A stretch of DNA of 64,000 nucleotides from a bacterium. Its GTDB lineage: Bacteria > CLD3 > SB21. The first letter of the stretch is position 1, and every line of letters begins with the position of its first letter. The notes below the pieces were generated by a model. It was not told the DNA's origin, made no database searches, and saw only the letters and a program-made list of their open reading frames with translations. Made by a program: the position numbers and the translations under genes. This document shows, piece by piece, positions 9,384 to 20,491 of this stretch. Location of the stretch: the NCBI GenBank assembly GCA_008933615.1, contig WBUR01000003.1:16340-80339 (forward strand), given 5' to 3'.

Positions 9384-9992
9384 ATGGCTGTTTCGGTTAA
9401 AAACGTAACGGTGCCGCGCGGCAAGAACTGGGTTGACAATACGTATGTTATTCCGGTGATCAAAGGGTTGATCATCACACTGAGGCATATGTTCAAGAAG
9501 CCTATTGTCTTAAATTATCCGGAAAACAAAAAAGTGCTTCCGCCGAATTACCGCGGCTTGCACATGCTGACCCGGGACGATCAAGGCCGAGAAAAATGCG
9601 TTGCCTGCGAAATGTGTTCTACCGCATGTCCTGCCGACTGCATTCGTATCGTTGCTAATGACAGCGGCGATGTATGGAAAGATAATTTTGAAAACCGCGA
9701 AAAACATCCGATCGTTTTTGAGATTGACGAACTGCGCTGCATATTCTGCGGCATGTGCGTGGAAGCCTGTCCGGAAGACGCGATCGACATGACCGACATG
9801 CATAATTTAGCCGATTACACACGCCAGGATTTTATTTACGATAAGGAACGATTGCTCGGAGTTTATGATGAATATATTAAACGTCATCCTGATCACGCAA
9901 AACGCCGTGACGGTGAATTCAAGGCGATGAAGAACTCCAGTTACTTTAGCGTAGTCTCGGTGGAAAACGCAAAAAAGCCGGGCGGGCATTAA
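9384..9992 (+). CDS. nuoI: NADH-quinone oxidoreductase subunit I (2x[4Fe-4S] ferredoxin)
   Basis: Two CxxCxxCxxxCP motifs (CVACEMCSTACP; CIFCGMCVEACP). Confidence 0.9.
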   Translation: MAVSVKNVTVPRGKNWVDNTYVIPVIKGLIITLRHMFKKPIVLNYPENKKVLPPNYRGLHMLTRDDQGREKCVACEMCSTACPADCIRIVANDSGDVWKDNFENREKHPIVFEIDELRCIFCGMCVEACPEDAIDMTDMHNLADYTRQDFIYDKERLLGVYDEYIKRHPDHAKRRDGEFKAMKNSSYFSVVSVENAKKPGGH

Positions 9993-10027
9993 GATTATTT
10001 TTAGCAAAGGATAAGCAGAGGTTTTTT

Positions 10028-10564
10028 ATGGACAGTTTCATGCAATATTTTATGATAAATCCGGTATTCTATATTTTTGCCGGTATTGCGGTTTTACTCG
10101 CTATTGCGATGCTGACGATGGATAATCCGGTCTACAGCGCGATTTTTATGGTACTGACGTTTTTCTGTATCAGCGTTATCTATATTACGCTGGAAGCTGA
10201 GTTCATAGCGGCCATTCAGGTTCTGGTTTATACCGGGGCGATCATGGTTCTCTTTCTCTTTGTTATTATGTTGCTGAATTTAGGACGCGAATCGGATTTA
10301 GTCGAACGTTCCGGGCCGATGAAATACATTTCAATATTACTCGCGTTTGGAATTTTACTTCAGATCGGCTTTGCCGCGAAAGTAACATTCAGTATCGGCG
10401 AAAAAGGCATGTATCCCATAGAGCAAGTGAGGCTTGCCGGTAATACGGAAACGATCGCGTCACTACTCTTTTCCCAATATGTATATCCTTTCGAGATCGC
10501 ATCCGTCTTATTACTGCTGGGCATGGTTGGGGCGATCATTATCTCAAAAAAGAAACAAGAATAA
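10028..10564 (+). CDS. nuoJ: NADH-quinone oxidoreductase subunit J
   Basis: 178-aa hydrophobic protein (five TM helices) in the conserved position after nuoI. Confidence 0.8.
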   Translation: MDSFMQYFMINPVFYIFAGIAVLLAIAMLTMDNPVYSAIFMVLTFFCISVIYITLEAEFIAAIQVLVYTGAIMVLFLFVIMLLNLGRESDLVERSGPMKYISILLAFGILLQIGFAAKVTFSIGEKGMYPIEQVRLAGNTETIASLLFSQYVYPFEIASVLLLLGMVGAIIISKKKQE

Positions 10565-10579
10565 CGCTGGAGTGATTGT

Positions 10580-10882
10580 ATGGTTCCGATTTCTCATTAT
10601 TTAATATTAACCGCCATTTTGTTTACCCTCGGAGTAATCGGTGTTTTGACTCGCCGGAATGCGATCATCGTATTCATGTGTATCGAACTCATGCTCAATT
10701 CGGTAAATTTAAGTATGGTGGTCTTTGCCCGTTTTCTGGATTCTATGGACGGACAGATCGCGGTATTTCTTATTATGACCGTTGCCGCGGCAGAAGTTGC
10801 CGTTGGATTGGCTTTGATCGTGGCCATTTACCGAAAGAAAGAATCGATCAATATCGACGAGATGCATATCATGCAAGGATAG
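10580..10882 (+). CDS. nuoK: NADH-quinone oxidoreductase subunit K
   Basis: 100 aa with three TM helices and the NuoK/ND4L pattern (FMCIELMLNSVNL...AAAEVAVGLALIV). Confidence 0.85.
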   Translation: MVPISHYLILTAILFTLGVIGVLTRRNAIIVFMCIELMLNSVNLSMVVFARFLDSMDGQIAVFLIMTVAAAEVAVGLALIVAIYRKKESINIDEMHIMQG

Positions 10883-10922
10883 TTTCATTTGAGCTTATTG
10901 AAATGAATTTTTCGGAGAAATT

Positions 10923-12932
10923 GTGATGGAAATGATAATTCTTCTTATCCCTTTGATTCCGCTGGCCGGTGCGATCTTAAATACGTTTTTTGGCCGAATG
11001 CTGGAAGGGCAGCACCGTACTGAAGAAGGGGAAACGCACGAAAACCATGAATCCAAACCTATTGCGGGTTATCTCGCCAATATTATGGTTGGGATTTCAT
11101 TCATACTGTCATTGGTTGTTTTTTTCAGAGTTCTCAACGGTGAAAAGTTTAATGTGGATTACTTTGATTGGATCGTTGTTGCCGACCTGAAGATCACGCT
11201 GGGATTTCTGATTGATCCGCTGTCCGCGACCATGCTTCTGATCGTAACGGGCATCGGTTTTCTGATCCACGTATATTCGCTAGGCTATATGGGCCACGAC
11301 CCGGACCGCCCGCGGTTTTTTACTTACCTTAATTTGTTTATTTTTTCCATGCTCATGCTTGTCATGGGCAATAATTTAGTCGTGATGTTTTTTGGATGGG
11401 AAGCCGTAGGACTTTGTTCGTATCTGCTGATCGGATATTATTACAAAAAGAAAAGCGCATCGGATGCCGGTAAGAAAGCTTTTATTGTAAACCGAATAGG
11501 TGATTTCGGATTTGGACTGGGGATCTTTCTCGTTTTCGGTACATTTGGCACCGTTCATTTTGAACCGCTATTTGTGGCGATTCAAAATCATCCTAATTTA
11601 TTTGCGATCGGAACGACCATGACCGCGATCGGTATGTTGTTGTTCGTCGGAGCGATGGGTAAATCAGCCCAGGTTCCGTTATTCGTCTGGTTACCCGATG
11701 CGATGGAAGGCCCGACGCCGGTTTCCGCTTTGATCCATGCCGCCACGATGGTGACTGCGGGCGTATTCATGGTCGCGCGATGTAATCCGATTTTTTCTTT
11801 TGATATCGGACCGGTAAGTCATATTATGGGCATGAGCGCAGGCGATCTCGTCACGTACGTAGGCTGCGCGACCGCAGTTTTCGCCGCGACAATAGGATTG
11901 ACGCAAACGGATATCAAAAAAGTTCTGGCCTATTCCACAGTCAGTCAATTAGGCTACATGTTCATCGGCGTCGGCGTCGGTGCGTATGCGGCTGGCGTAT
12001 TCCACCTTCTGACCCATGCATTCTTTAAAGCTCTCCTTTTCCTTGGCGCCGGAAGCGTGATCCATGTCATGGAACACGCGTTCCATAAAGTTCATCTCCA
12101 CGATGATCCGCAGGACATTCGCAATATGGGCGGACTTTTCTCCAAAGCAAAAATAACCGCGATTACATTTATTGCAGGCTGGATTGCAATCAGCGGTATT
12201 CCGCCGTTCTCAGGTTTTTTTAGTAAGGATGAAATATTGACAGCTGCGTACCATAAAGGTTATAACGGCGTTTTCTGGTTAGGTATTATCGGCGCCACGA
12301 TGACGGCGTTTTATATGTCGAGATTGGTTTTTCTAACATTTTTTGGCGAAAGCAGAACGAAACCGGAAGCGCGAGAACATTTGCATGATTCCGGATTTAC
12401 AATGACCGTGCCGCTGATGATCCTGGCGTTTTTCGCTGTGGTTGCCGGATTGATCGGAGTTCCGGAAGCATTGGGCGGGCACAATTGGTTTGGTCATTTT
12501 CTTGCGCCGGTTGTCGGTGAACATGCTGCGCCGGGAGGGCATCACGGATTTAGCGAAGGTATGCTGATTACCATCTCGATTCTTGCCGGCGTCATAGGGA
12601 TTGGTTTTGCATACATAATGTACATAAGAAAAAATATTGATGCGGATAAATTGGCCGCCGACTACAAACCCATCTATACAACGCTGCTTAATAAATATTA
12701 TGTGGACGAAGCATACGATAAATTTATTGTGTCGCCGATCAAATGGTTTTCGGATAACGTTTTGTGGAAATGGACTGACATCAAATTGATAGACGGGCTG
12801 ATCAAATTTATTGCAGTTACTATTGATTTGACGGGAAGAGTGCTCAGATTATTTCAAACCGGTTACGTACAAACCTATGCTTTCTTTATTTCGCTGGGTG
12901 TTGCAATGGTCATTTATTATCTCATGAAGTAG
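10923..12932 (+). CDS. nuoL: NADH-quinone oxidoreductase subunit L (antiporter-like)
   Basis: 669-aa Mrp-antiporter-like membrane subunit ([25 protein letters not shown]), with the long C-terminal extension typical of NuoL. Confidence 0.9.
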   Translation: MMEMIILLIPLIPLAGAILNTFFGRMLEGQHRTEEGETHENHESKPIAGYLANIMVGISFILSLVVFFRVLNGEKFNVDYFDWIVVADLKITLGFLIDPLSATMLLIVTGIGFLIHVYSLGYMGHDPDRPRFFTYLNLFIFSMLMLVMGNNLVVMFFGWEAVGLCSYLLIGYYYKKKSASDAGKKAFIVNRIGDFGFGLGIFLVFGTFGTVHFEPLFVAIQNHPNLFAIGTTMTAIGMLLFVGAMGKSAQVPLFVWLPDAMEGPTPVSALIHAATMVTAGVFMVARCNPIFSFDIGPVSHIMGMSAGDLVTYVGCATAVFAATIGLTQTDIKKVLAYSTVSQLGYMFIGVGVGAYAAGVFHLLTHAFFKALLFLGAGSVIHVMEHAFHKVHLHDDPQDIRNMGGLFSKAKITAITFIAGWIAISGIPPFSGFFSKDEILTAAYHKGYNGVFWLGIIGATMTAFYMSRLVFLTFFGESRTKPEAREHLHDSGFTMTVPLMILAFFAVVAGLIGVPEALGGHNWFGHFLAPVVGEHAAPGGHHGFSEGMLITISILAGVIGIGFAYIMYIRKNIDADKLAADYKPIYTTLLNKYYVDEAYDKFIVSPIKWFSDNVLWKWTDIKLIDGLIKFIAVTIDLTGRVLRLFQTGYVQTYAFFISLGVAMVIYYLMK

Positions 12933-12960
12933 TTCAGATCTTAAGATAAGAGGCTTTTTA

Positions 12961-14553
12961 ATGGAAACTTACAGTGCAATCGTTTTATCGTTATTGATAT
13001 TTGTTCCTCTCGCCGGCGTGGTGATGCTTGCTTTTATTCCGCGCAGCCAGGAGAACACCATAAAAACCGTTACGCTCGGCGTCGCTTCGCTCGTGTTTAT
13101 ACTTTCTGTGCCGATGTATTTTGCATACGATATTTCCAATCCGGACATGCAATTTGCATACATAGCGAACTGGATACCGAATTGGGGCGCATATTATTCT
13201 ATCGGCGTTGACGGGCTCAGCCTGCTGCTTATTTTGTTAACGACTTTTATCATGCCGTTAGCCGTGATCGCATCGTGGAAAAGCGTTCATTTTCATGTCA
13301 AAGGATTTATGATCTCGCTGCTTCTGCTGGACGCAGGAATGGTCGGCGTTTTCTGCGCGCGCGACATGCTTTTGTTCTATGTTTTCTGGGAAGCGATGCT
13401 CGTTCCGATGTATCTGATCATTGGCATTTGGGGGCATGAACAGCGTATCCGGGCGGCCGTAACATTCTTCATATATACGATGGCAGGCAGTTTATTCATG
13501 CTTGTTGCCATTATCTATATGTATTTTCAAACGGCCGCGGTTGTCGTAGATGGAACCCTTATTTCCAACCACTCCTTCGCAATTCAATCGTTTATGGCGC
13601 TGCAATTGCCCTACGACACGCAGGTCTATTTATTCTGGGCATTCGCGTTAGCGTTCATGGTCAAAGTCCCGATGTTTCCGTTTCATACCTGGCTTCCGCT
13701 CGCGCACGTGGAAGCGCCGACGGCAGGCTCCGTTGATCTTGCCGCTATTCTTCTTAAAATGGGGCCCTACGGATTTATGCGATTCTGCATTTCTTTTTTC
13801 CCTGCAGTATCGGAACAATATACTCCGGTCATCATTGTACTTGCTCTGGTCGGAATTATTTATGGTGCGCTTGTGGCCATGGTGCAGCCCGACGCGAAAA
13901 AATTAATCGCCTATTCCTCCGTAAGCCATTTGGGGTTTGTAATGCTGGGCATTTATTCTATGAATATTCAGTCTTGGCAGGGCGCCATGTTGATCATGGT
14001 CGGACACGGTATTTCCACCAGCGCGCTTTTCCTTATGGTCGGTTTATTGTATGACCGGCGTCATACGCGTTTGATAGAGGAGTTTGGAGGCCTTTGGAAA
14101 GTCATGCCGGTATTTTCAGTGATATTCATGGTCGTATGTTTATCGTCTCTTGGCTTGCCGGGAACGAACGGATTTGTAGGCGAATTTCTTGTTTTGATCG
14201 GCTCATTCAATTCATCATTGGATCACGCAAGACTTTACGCGACGATCGCCATGCTGGGCGTGATACTCGGGGCCGTTTATCTGCTTTGGATGTACCAGCG
14301 CATTGCGTTCGGCGAAATCAAAAACGAAAAGAACAAGTCACTTAAAGATTTGTCTCTGCGTGAATACGCCTTACTGATCCCGTTTGTACTGCTGATTTTC
14401 TGGTTCGGCGTATATCCTAAAACACTGACCGACAAAACCGAAGCCACGATGCAGAAAAATCTGAAGTCGTACAAAACTGCGATTGAAAATGCCAAGACGA
14501 CGTCCCCCGGCAACGAAATGAAAAAAAACGTAAACAATCTGCAAGTTAAATGA
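12961..14553 (+). CDS. nuoM: NADH-quinone oxidoreductase subunit M (antiporter-like)
   Basis: 530-aa antiporter-like subunit (FWEAMLVPMYLIIGIWG; HTWLPLAHVEAPTAGS). Confidence 0.9.
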   Translation: METYSAIVLSLLIFVPLAGVVMLAFIPRSQENTIKTVTLGVASLVFILSVPMYFAYDISNPDMQFAYIANWIPNWGAYYSIGVDGLSLLLILLTTFIMPLAVIASWKSVHFHVKGFMISLLLLDAGMVGVFCARDMLLFYVFWEAMLVPMYLIIGIWGHEQRIRAAVTFFIYTMAGSLFMLVAIIYMYFQTAAVVVDGTLISNHSFAIQSFMALQLPYDTQVYLFWAFALAFMVKVPMFPFHTWLPLAHVEAPTAGSVDLAAILLKMGPYGFMRFCISFFPAVSEQYTPVIIVLALVGIIYGALVAMVQPDAKKLIAYSSVSHLGFVMLGIYSMNIQSWQGAMLIMVGHGISTSALFLMVGLLYDRRHTRLIEEFGGLWKVMPVFSVIFMVVCLSSLGLPGTNGFVGEFLVLIGSFNSSLDHARLYATIAMLGVILGAVYLLWMYQRIAFGEIKNEKNKSLKDLSLREYALLIPFVLLIFWFGVYPKTLTDKTEATMQKNLKSYKTAIENAKTTSPGNEMKKNVNNLQVK

Positions 14554-14560
14554 TTTTCAA

Positions 14561-15520
14561 ATGGTGGTGAATTTCAGGCTCCATTGTTCAACGCTCATTC
14601 TGCTTTTGTTCATTCCGTCGCCATTGCCGGCTTCTGATCGTTCGGGTTTTATAGAGTCTTCAGACAGCGTAAGAATTTATTATGAATGTGACGGGCATGG
14701 CGAACCTTTGGTTCTCATCGCCGGCGGGCCCGGAGATTCACACACCTATTTTAAACCGTATTTCAATAAACTAGCCAAAAAATATACCATAATATATTTT
14801 GACGCCCGCGGCCGCGGCCGTTCGACTAAACCGTCCAACGGGTCTTACAGTGTAGACAAGGACGTGGAAGACCTTGAAAATCTGCGAAGCAAGTTGGGCT
14901 ACTCTAAACTTAATATCTTTGGCCACTCGTACGGCGGTATAGTTGCAGAAAGTTATGCTCTTACTTATCCGGACAAAGTCGGGCGGCTTATACTGTGTAA
15001 CACCTTTCACAGCGCCGACGGATGGCAGGACAATATTGACAACTGCAATCGCCACATCCAGCAGAGTTATCCGGGCGAGTGGAAAAAACTTACGGGTCTG
15101 CGTCAGCGCATGACATCCAACACAAAAGAGTGGCGTGAAGCATACGATCCGTACATAACTAATCTGTATTGGTTCAGCGTTGCAAAAAGAAAGAAATATC
15201 TGGCAACCTATCAGACGTTGAGACGCGCTGAAGATGATTTTTCGGAAGATGTGTATTATGCGATTATTGGTTCGGATCCTGATTTTCAAGTCAACGGCAC
15301 CATGAAGGAACTCGATCTTAGGGACCAACTAAAAACACTGCGGATACCAACTCTCATTCTAGGAGGACGCGCTGACAGAATTGCAACGGTAAAGCAGGCA
15401 ATGGAAATTCATGATTCCATTCCGCAGGCAAAAAAATATATTTTTGAAAAAAGCGGTCATTTGCCGTTCGTTGAACAGAATAAAAAGTTCATTCATACGC
15501 TTGAACAGTTTCTAAAATAA
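14561..15520 (+). CDS. secreted alpha/beta-hydrolase (proline iminopeptidase/esterase-like)
   Basis: N-terminal signal peptide. Nucleophile elbow GHSYGG. LVLIAGGPG oxyanion region. It starts 8 nt after the nuoM stop. Confidence 0.65.
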   Translation: MVVNFRLHCSTLILLLFIPSPLPASDRSGFIESSDSVRIYYECDGHGEPLVLIAGGPGDSHTYFKPYFNKLAKKYTIIYFDARGRGRSTKPSNGSYSVDKDVEDLENLRSKLGYSKLNIFGHSYGGIVAESYALTYPDKVGRLILCNTFHSADGWQDNIDNCNRHIQQSYPGEWKKLTGLRQRMTSNTKEWREAYDPYITNLYWFSVAKRKKYLATYQTLRRAEDDFSEDVYYAIIGSDPDFQVNGTMKELDLRDQLKTLRIPTLILGGRADRIATVKQAMEIHDSIPQAKKYIFEKSGHLPFVEQNKKFIHTLEQFLK

Positions 15521-15534
15521 AACAGGACAACGCA

Positions 15535-18500
15535 TTGCCGGAAAAACATCACATACTCTGCCCCAATTGTGCAAAGACGACCACACTTGATCAGGGCGTT
15601 TGTCCGTTTTGCCGTTATACTTTTGCTGCGGATATAAAAAAATTTATTTCCTTATATAGCGATGTCATCGACAACGGCTTAGATGTTACGTCTGACCAGA
15701 TCTTGAAATTAGTGCAGGCACAGCGTTTCGAAGATGCGTCGTATCTCATTCAGACATTATTTGAAAAAGCGTATATGCATGACGCCGATTTTAGGAAAAT
15801 CGCATTTGCACTTCATGACCGGCATAAAGATGCATTGGCGTTAATTTGTTCCGAAAAAGCGCTTCAGATAAACCCGCAAGACCCGTGGAATCACCACTGT
15901 GCCGCGCAGTGTTATGGCGAGGTCGGCATACTCGAGAAAGCCGTAAAATACGGACAGGAAGCCGTTCAACTTTCGCCTAACGAACCGAGACACCACACGC
16001 TGCTCGCCGATATATTTGATAAACAAAATCAGTACACTGCTTCAGCGAAAGAATATATGCATGCGATTGCTCTAAACGATATGTATGAAAAAGATTTTGA
16101 CAACATCATCGACGACGCCGTCGATGTCGCCCAGGTGGAGGCGTATTATATCGAACTTCAGAATAGTTATCCAAATTCTGTGTCCATTTACCATGCTATG
16201 GGTAATCTGTATCTCGCCAAACTTCATTTTGAAAAAGCCGAGGAGTGTTACAAGAAGGCTTTGACCGTAAAACCCAACCAACCTGTTTTGCTGAATAAAC
16301 TGGCAGATGTATATCAGAGGGAAAACAAAACGGATTTGGCGCTGGTCGAATATAAGAAAGCTCTCGCTATCGATGGAAAAAATATAGAAAGCTTAAGAAG
16401 CCTTGGAAAACTGTACAAGGAAAAGGGCAATTGGGCTGAAGCGCTTACCTATTTTGAGAAAATTCTAAAACTTAATTCGAGAGACAGCAACGCCGCGTAT
16501 GAAACTAAGGAAATGTACCGAAAACTGAATAATTCGCAGAAAGCAATCGAGGTAATGAAAGAGTACCAGAAAGCGGATGTCAGTTATTTTAACTGGGCCA
16601 TGCATCATATTTTTGAAATTCTATATTACGATCTGAAGGACGATTTACAGCTCAGCGAGCTGGTGGAAAAAACCTATCCTAACAAAGTCAACGATTCATT
16701 CGTCTACGACTACTATGGATACAGCCTGATGAACCTTGGACGAATGGAAGAAGCGGTTAAATCTTTTGAACGATTCGTTGAACTTGAACCGAAGAATGCG
16801 CGTGTCATGCGTGAATTAGGGCGGGTTTTCTGCGATCTTCAAAAATACCAGGATGCGATCGATGTATTAACGAAATCGTTTGCGATTGAAAGTAAGAATT
16901 CGTACGGATTTTATTATCTCGCGCTGGCCTATCATAAATTAGGTAAAGACGACATTGCCAAAAGGACACTGGAAGACGGAAAGCAATTCGATCCGAATTA
17001 TAAATGGTTTGATGATTTGCTCTTTGAAATTGATCCGAACTATCAGTCCGCTCAGACGTCACATGAAAAGGCGGCTCAAGACACAAGTACGTCTACTTCA
17101 ACGGGTGTTTTAGGTGAATCGGTCATTGCCGGTATGCCTAATTTTCTTCGCGATCTGACGCAATTGGCCGGCGAAGGTAAGATCGATAATATATTTGGGC
17201 GGGAAACGGAGTTACGTGAACTGATCGAGGTCTTGTGCCGCCGGAGTAAGGCTAATCCGCTGATCGTCGGCCAGCCCGGTGTCGGTAAAACCGTGCTGGT
17301 CAATGGTTTGGCGCATCTTCTCGCCAAAGGAGAAGTGCCCGATATTCTCAGGCAATACCGATTACTGGAACTTGAAGTATTTGCCGTCGTGGCCGGCACG
17401 CGTTACGTAGGAACGCTTGAACAAAAATTTATGCAGCTGGCGCAATTTTGTCGCTCCAATAAAGTGATCATTTTTATCGATGAGCTGCACACCATGATGG
17501 GAGCGGGTTCATACAGTTCACATGAAACGGGCGGGCTTGATGAAATGTTCAAACCGTTGATGACCCAGCCGGATTTTAAATTAATCGGCGCGACCACGGA
17601 TGAAGAATATCAGAAAAACATTGCAAAGAGCGGCGCCTTTGACCGGCGCTTCACGCGCATTACGGTATTTGAGCCCGGCAAAGACGAAACGATGAAAATC
17701 ATTGAATCGCTTCGGGGCAAACTCGAGCCGTTTTATCATGTTACTATCAGCGAGAGAATGCTGCGAACCGTCGTGGACCTGTCAGAAAAATACGTTAAGA
17801 ACAGATTTTTTCCTGACAAGGCCTGCGATATTCTTGAACGCTCAGCTATTAAAGCAAGCCTGGCCCGCCCGCATAACAGCTTGGAAACACTGGCCGTTGG
17901 TGAAAAGCATATCGTTCAAGCCGTGTCTCAAGTCACGCGCATTCCGGAAAGTAATATACAAATTGAAGCCATGGGCGGGATGGCATCTTTGGAAGACCGC
18001 CTGCGCTCGCGTGTAATCGGACAGGAGGATGCAGTAGTTAAAGTTGCGGAAGTAGTGCGCATGACCAAAAGCGGTCTGGATATTAATCCCGACCGTCCTG
18101 ACGGCGTGTTTCTGTTTGTAGGGCCGACGGGCGTTGGGAAAACGGAACTTGCCAAAGCCCTGGCGGAAGCGCTGGAGGGAAGCGAAAAACGTTTGGTGCG
18201 AATTGACATGTCGGAATATAATGACCAGTACGCTTTGTCTAAATTAATCGGAACGGCGCCGGGTTTTGTAGGGTACGAAGACGAAGGGCGTTTAACCAAA
18301 GCCGTTCGTGAAGATCCTTCTGCAGTGATTCTTCTGGACGAAATTGAGAAAGCGCATCCGAAAATATACGAAGCTTTCCTGCAGGTTTTTGACGACGGGC
18401 GCATGACAGACGGAAAAGGGCAGACTATTTCTTTTTCCCACTCCACGATCGTCATGACGTCCAATCTCGGCGCGGAACATATTTACGGCAAGGTCAAACT

Positions 18501-18903
18501 CGGGTTCACCGGTGGAAACGTCGATGAAAACGCAGAGATCAAAGAAGCGATTACGGAATCGCTGCGCAAACATTTCACACCGGAATTTCTTAACCGCGTC
18601 GATGAAACCATATTCTTTAAATCTCTTGATGAAAACGTGTTGCAGCTTATCGCGCGCCAGAAAATAGAAATGATAATAAAACGGTTTGAAGAAAAAGAGA
18701 TACGCATTCACATCGACGATGAAGTCGTCGGATTATGTGTCAGAAATTTGGACATACGGCGCGAAGGCGCGCGTGGATTAAACCGCTCTATGGAAGAGAC
18801 GATCTCACGACCGTTGTCTAGGGTGATGATCGAAAACCCGACGTGCAGGGCGTATACGATCAAGCGGCACGAAAATGAAGTGCTTATTTTACGCGGAGCG
18901 TAA
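15535..18903 (+). CDS. ClpA/ClpC-like double AAA+ unfoldase with N-terminal zinc ribbon and TPR repeat domain
   Basis: N-terminal CPNCAKTTTLDQGVCPFC. About 450 aa of TPR-like repeats. D1 Walker A GQPGVGKT and Walker B IIFIDELH. D2 Walker A GPTGVGKT and Walker B ILLDEIEKAHP. There is no long ClpB M-domain. The apparent start codon is TTG at 15535. Confidence 0.8.
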   Translation: MPEKHHILCPNCAKTTTLDQGVCPFCRYTFAADIKKFISLYSDVIDNGLDVTSDQILKLVQAQRFEDASYLIQTLFEKAYMHDADFRKIAFALHDRHKDALALICSEKALQINPQDPWNHHCAAQCYGEVGILEKAVKYGQEAVQLSPNEPRHHTLLADIFDKQNQYTASAKEYMHAIALNDMYEKDFDNIIDDAVDVAQVEAYYIELQNSYPNSVSIYHAMGNLYLAKLHFEKAEECYKKALTVKPNQPVLLNKLADVYQRENKTDLALVEYKKALAIDGKNIESLRSLGKLYKEKGNWAEALTYFEKILKLNSRDSNAAYETKEMYRKLNNSQKAIEVMKEYQKADVSYFNWAMHHIFEILYYDLKDDLQLSELVEKTYPNKVNDSFVYDYYGYSLMNLGRMEEAVKSFERFVELEPKNARVMRELGRVFCDLQKYQDAIDVLTKSFAIESKNSYGFYYLALAYHKLGKDDIAKRTLEDGKQFDPNYKWFDDLLFEIDPNYQSAQTSHEKAAQDTSTSTSTGVLGESVIAGMPNFLRDLTQLAGEGKIDNIFGRETELRELIEVLCRRSKANPLIVGQPGVGKTVLVNGLAHLLAKGEVPDILRQYRLLELEVFAVVAGTRYVGTLEQKFMQLAQFCRSNKVIIFIDELHTMMGAGSYSSHETGGLDEMFKPLMTQPDFKLIGATTDEEYQKNIAKSGAFDRRFTRITVFEPGKDETMKIIESLRGKLEPFYHVTISERMLRTVVDLSEKYVKNRFFPDKACDILERSAIKASLARPHNSLETLAVGEKHIVQAVSQVTRIPESNIQIEAMGGMASLEDRLRSRVIGQEDAVVKVAEVVRMTKSGLDINPDRPDGVFLFVGPTGVGKTELAKALAEALEGSEKRLVRIDMSEYNDQYALSKLIGTAPGFVGYEDEGRLTKAVREDPSAVILLDEIEKAHPKIYEAFLQVFDDGRMTDGKGQTISFSHSTIVMTSNLGAEHIYGKVKLGFTGGNVDENAEIKEAITESLRKHFTPEFLNRVDETIFFKSLDENVLQLIARQKIEMIIKRFEEKEIRIHIDDEVVGLCVRNLDIRREGARGLNRSMEETISRPLSRVMIENPTCRAYTIKRHENEVLILRGA

Positions 18904-18943
18904 ATATTTTAAATCTGTAATAACTTAAATTCTTGGAGGACTT

Positions 18944-20410
18944 GTGGAAATAATTATACCCGATACAAACATGATGGCAATATTGCCTCAGATCATACTG
19001 TGCATCGGCGCGTGTCTCGTTCTGCTGCTCGGCGTTTTTGCGCATGGTATGAGAAAATGGATAGGTTACATATCTTTTTTTACATGTATGCTGGCCCTGA
19101 TCAGCGTATTCATGTCCTGGGACATGAATATTACGGCATTCAGCGGAATGATCACTATTAATTATTTTACAAACGCATTCTCCGCAATCATTCTAATGAG
19201 TTCCGCGCTGATCTGCCTCGTCACCCGTGACGATGTGGATGAACATAAGATCGGCGAATTCTTCTCGATAGCGTTGATGTCCACCATGGGTATGCTGGTC
19301 ATGGCTTCAAGCCTCAATCTCATGGTGATTTTTCTCGGTCTGGAGATCATGTCCATAGGACTCTACGTCATGATCAGTTTGAATCGCGCACGCATTCGAT
19401 CGCTCGAGGCCGGAATGAAATACTTCCTGCTCGGGGCATTTTCATCTGGATTTTTTCTATATGGAATTTCTCTGACATACGGCGCCACCGGCAGTTTTGA
19501 TCTTGCGCGGATAGCGCAATATTTGCAGACCAACAATTTACTCGGCGATCCGCTTATGATGGCCGGTTTAGGTTTGCTCCTGATCGGATTCGGATTTAAA
19601 GTTGCGCTGGTTCCTTTTCACATGTGGTCGCCCGATGTATATCAGGGATCTCCCGCGCCGATCACGGCTTTCATCGCCACCGGCCCAAAAGCCGCGGCCT
19701 TTGCAGCATTCGCACGGGTTTTCATAGATACGTTCGGCGGGTTGCATTTGGATTGGTCCAATGTGCTTTTCTGGATTTGTATTCTGAGTATGGTTGGCGG
19801 AAATCTTATGGCGTTAATCCAAACCGATATTAAACGTATGCTTGCGTTTTCAAGTATTTCGCATGCCGGGTATATTATCATGGCGATCATCGCAGGGCCT
19901 GTACTAATGACAAGCGATCCAACCGCGGCGCCGGCATCCATTATCTATTATGTGATGGTTTATGCTCTGACCAATATCACTGCGTTTACGATCATCCATG
20001 TTTTCGAAAGCCGTGAGGGTAAGAATCTCAAAGTAGACGACTTTGCCGGCTTTGGATTTCGTTATCCGCTATTAGCCGTCAGCATGTCCATCTCTATGTT
20101 GTCCATGGCAGGATTTCCGTTGACCGGCGGCTTCATCGGAAAATTCCAGGTTTTTTCAGCAGCCGTAGATGCGGGGTATGTGGTGCTGACGATCATCGCC
20201 GTTATCACGACGGTCATTTCGGTGTATTACTATCTCGGCGTTATGGTTAAGATGTATTTCAGCGATGCGGAGCAGGAACTGGAAGATATTTATGTTTCAA
20301 AAAGTACCTGGGCAACCATCCTTATAACGAGTACAGGATTGATTTTACTGGGAGTAATTCCTTCTATTCTCGCTGATGTTGTTAAAGGATTATTCCATCT
20401 TATTTTATAA
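18944..20410 (+). CDS. nuoN: NADH-quinone oxidoreductase subunit N (antiporter-like)
   Basis: 488-aa antiporter-like membrane subunit (HMWSPDVYQGSPAPITAFIATGPKAAA). It is the last nuo gene. Confidence 0.85.
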   Translation: MEIIIPDTNMMAILPQIILCIGACLVLLLGVFAHGMRKWIGYISFFTCMLALISVFMSWDMNITAFSGMITINYFTNAFSAIILMSSALICLVTRDDVDEHKIGEFFSIALMSTMGMLVMASSLNLMVIFLGLEIMSIGLYVMISLNRARIRSLEAGMKYFLLGAFSSGFFLYGISLTYGATGSFDLARIAQYLQTNNLLGDPLMMAGLGLLLIGFGFKVALVPFHMWSPDVYQGSPAPITAFIATGPKAAAFAAFARVFIDTFGGLHLDWSNVLFWICILSMVGGNLMALIQTDIKRMLAFSSISHAGYIIMAIIAGPVLMTSDPTAAPASIIYYVMVYALTNITAFTIIHVFESREGKNLKVDDFAGFGFRYPLLAVSMSISMLSMAGFPLTGGFIGKFQVFSAAVDAGYVVLTIIAVITTVISVYYYLGVMVKMYFSDAEQELEDIYVSKSTWATILITSTGLILLGVIPSILADVVKGLFHLIL

Positions 20411-20437
20411 TCGGCAATACTGTGAAAGCGATACCCG

Positions 20438-20471
20438 TTAGTTCTTGCCGAATGGTGAGAACTAATTTTTT
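20438..20471 (+). terminator. rho-independent terminator after nuoN
   Basis: Stem TTAGTTCT / AGAACTAA with a 12-nt loop, followed by a run of six T. It is 28 nt after the nuoN stop. Confidence 0.6.
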
Positions 20472-20491
20472 ATCTACCTACGAAAGTTAAA

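Noticed and set aside
10576-10926. 116-aa plus-strand ORF overlapping nuoK in another frame
   Set aside because: nuoK in the adjacent frame has the conserved 3-TM NuoK pattern. The alternative frame is Arg/Tyr-rich with no features.
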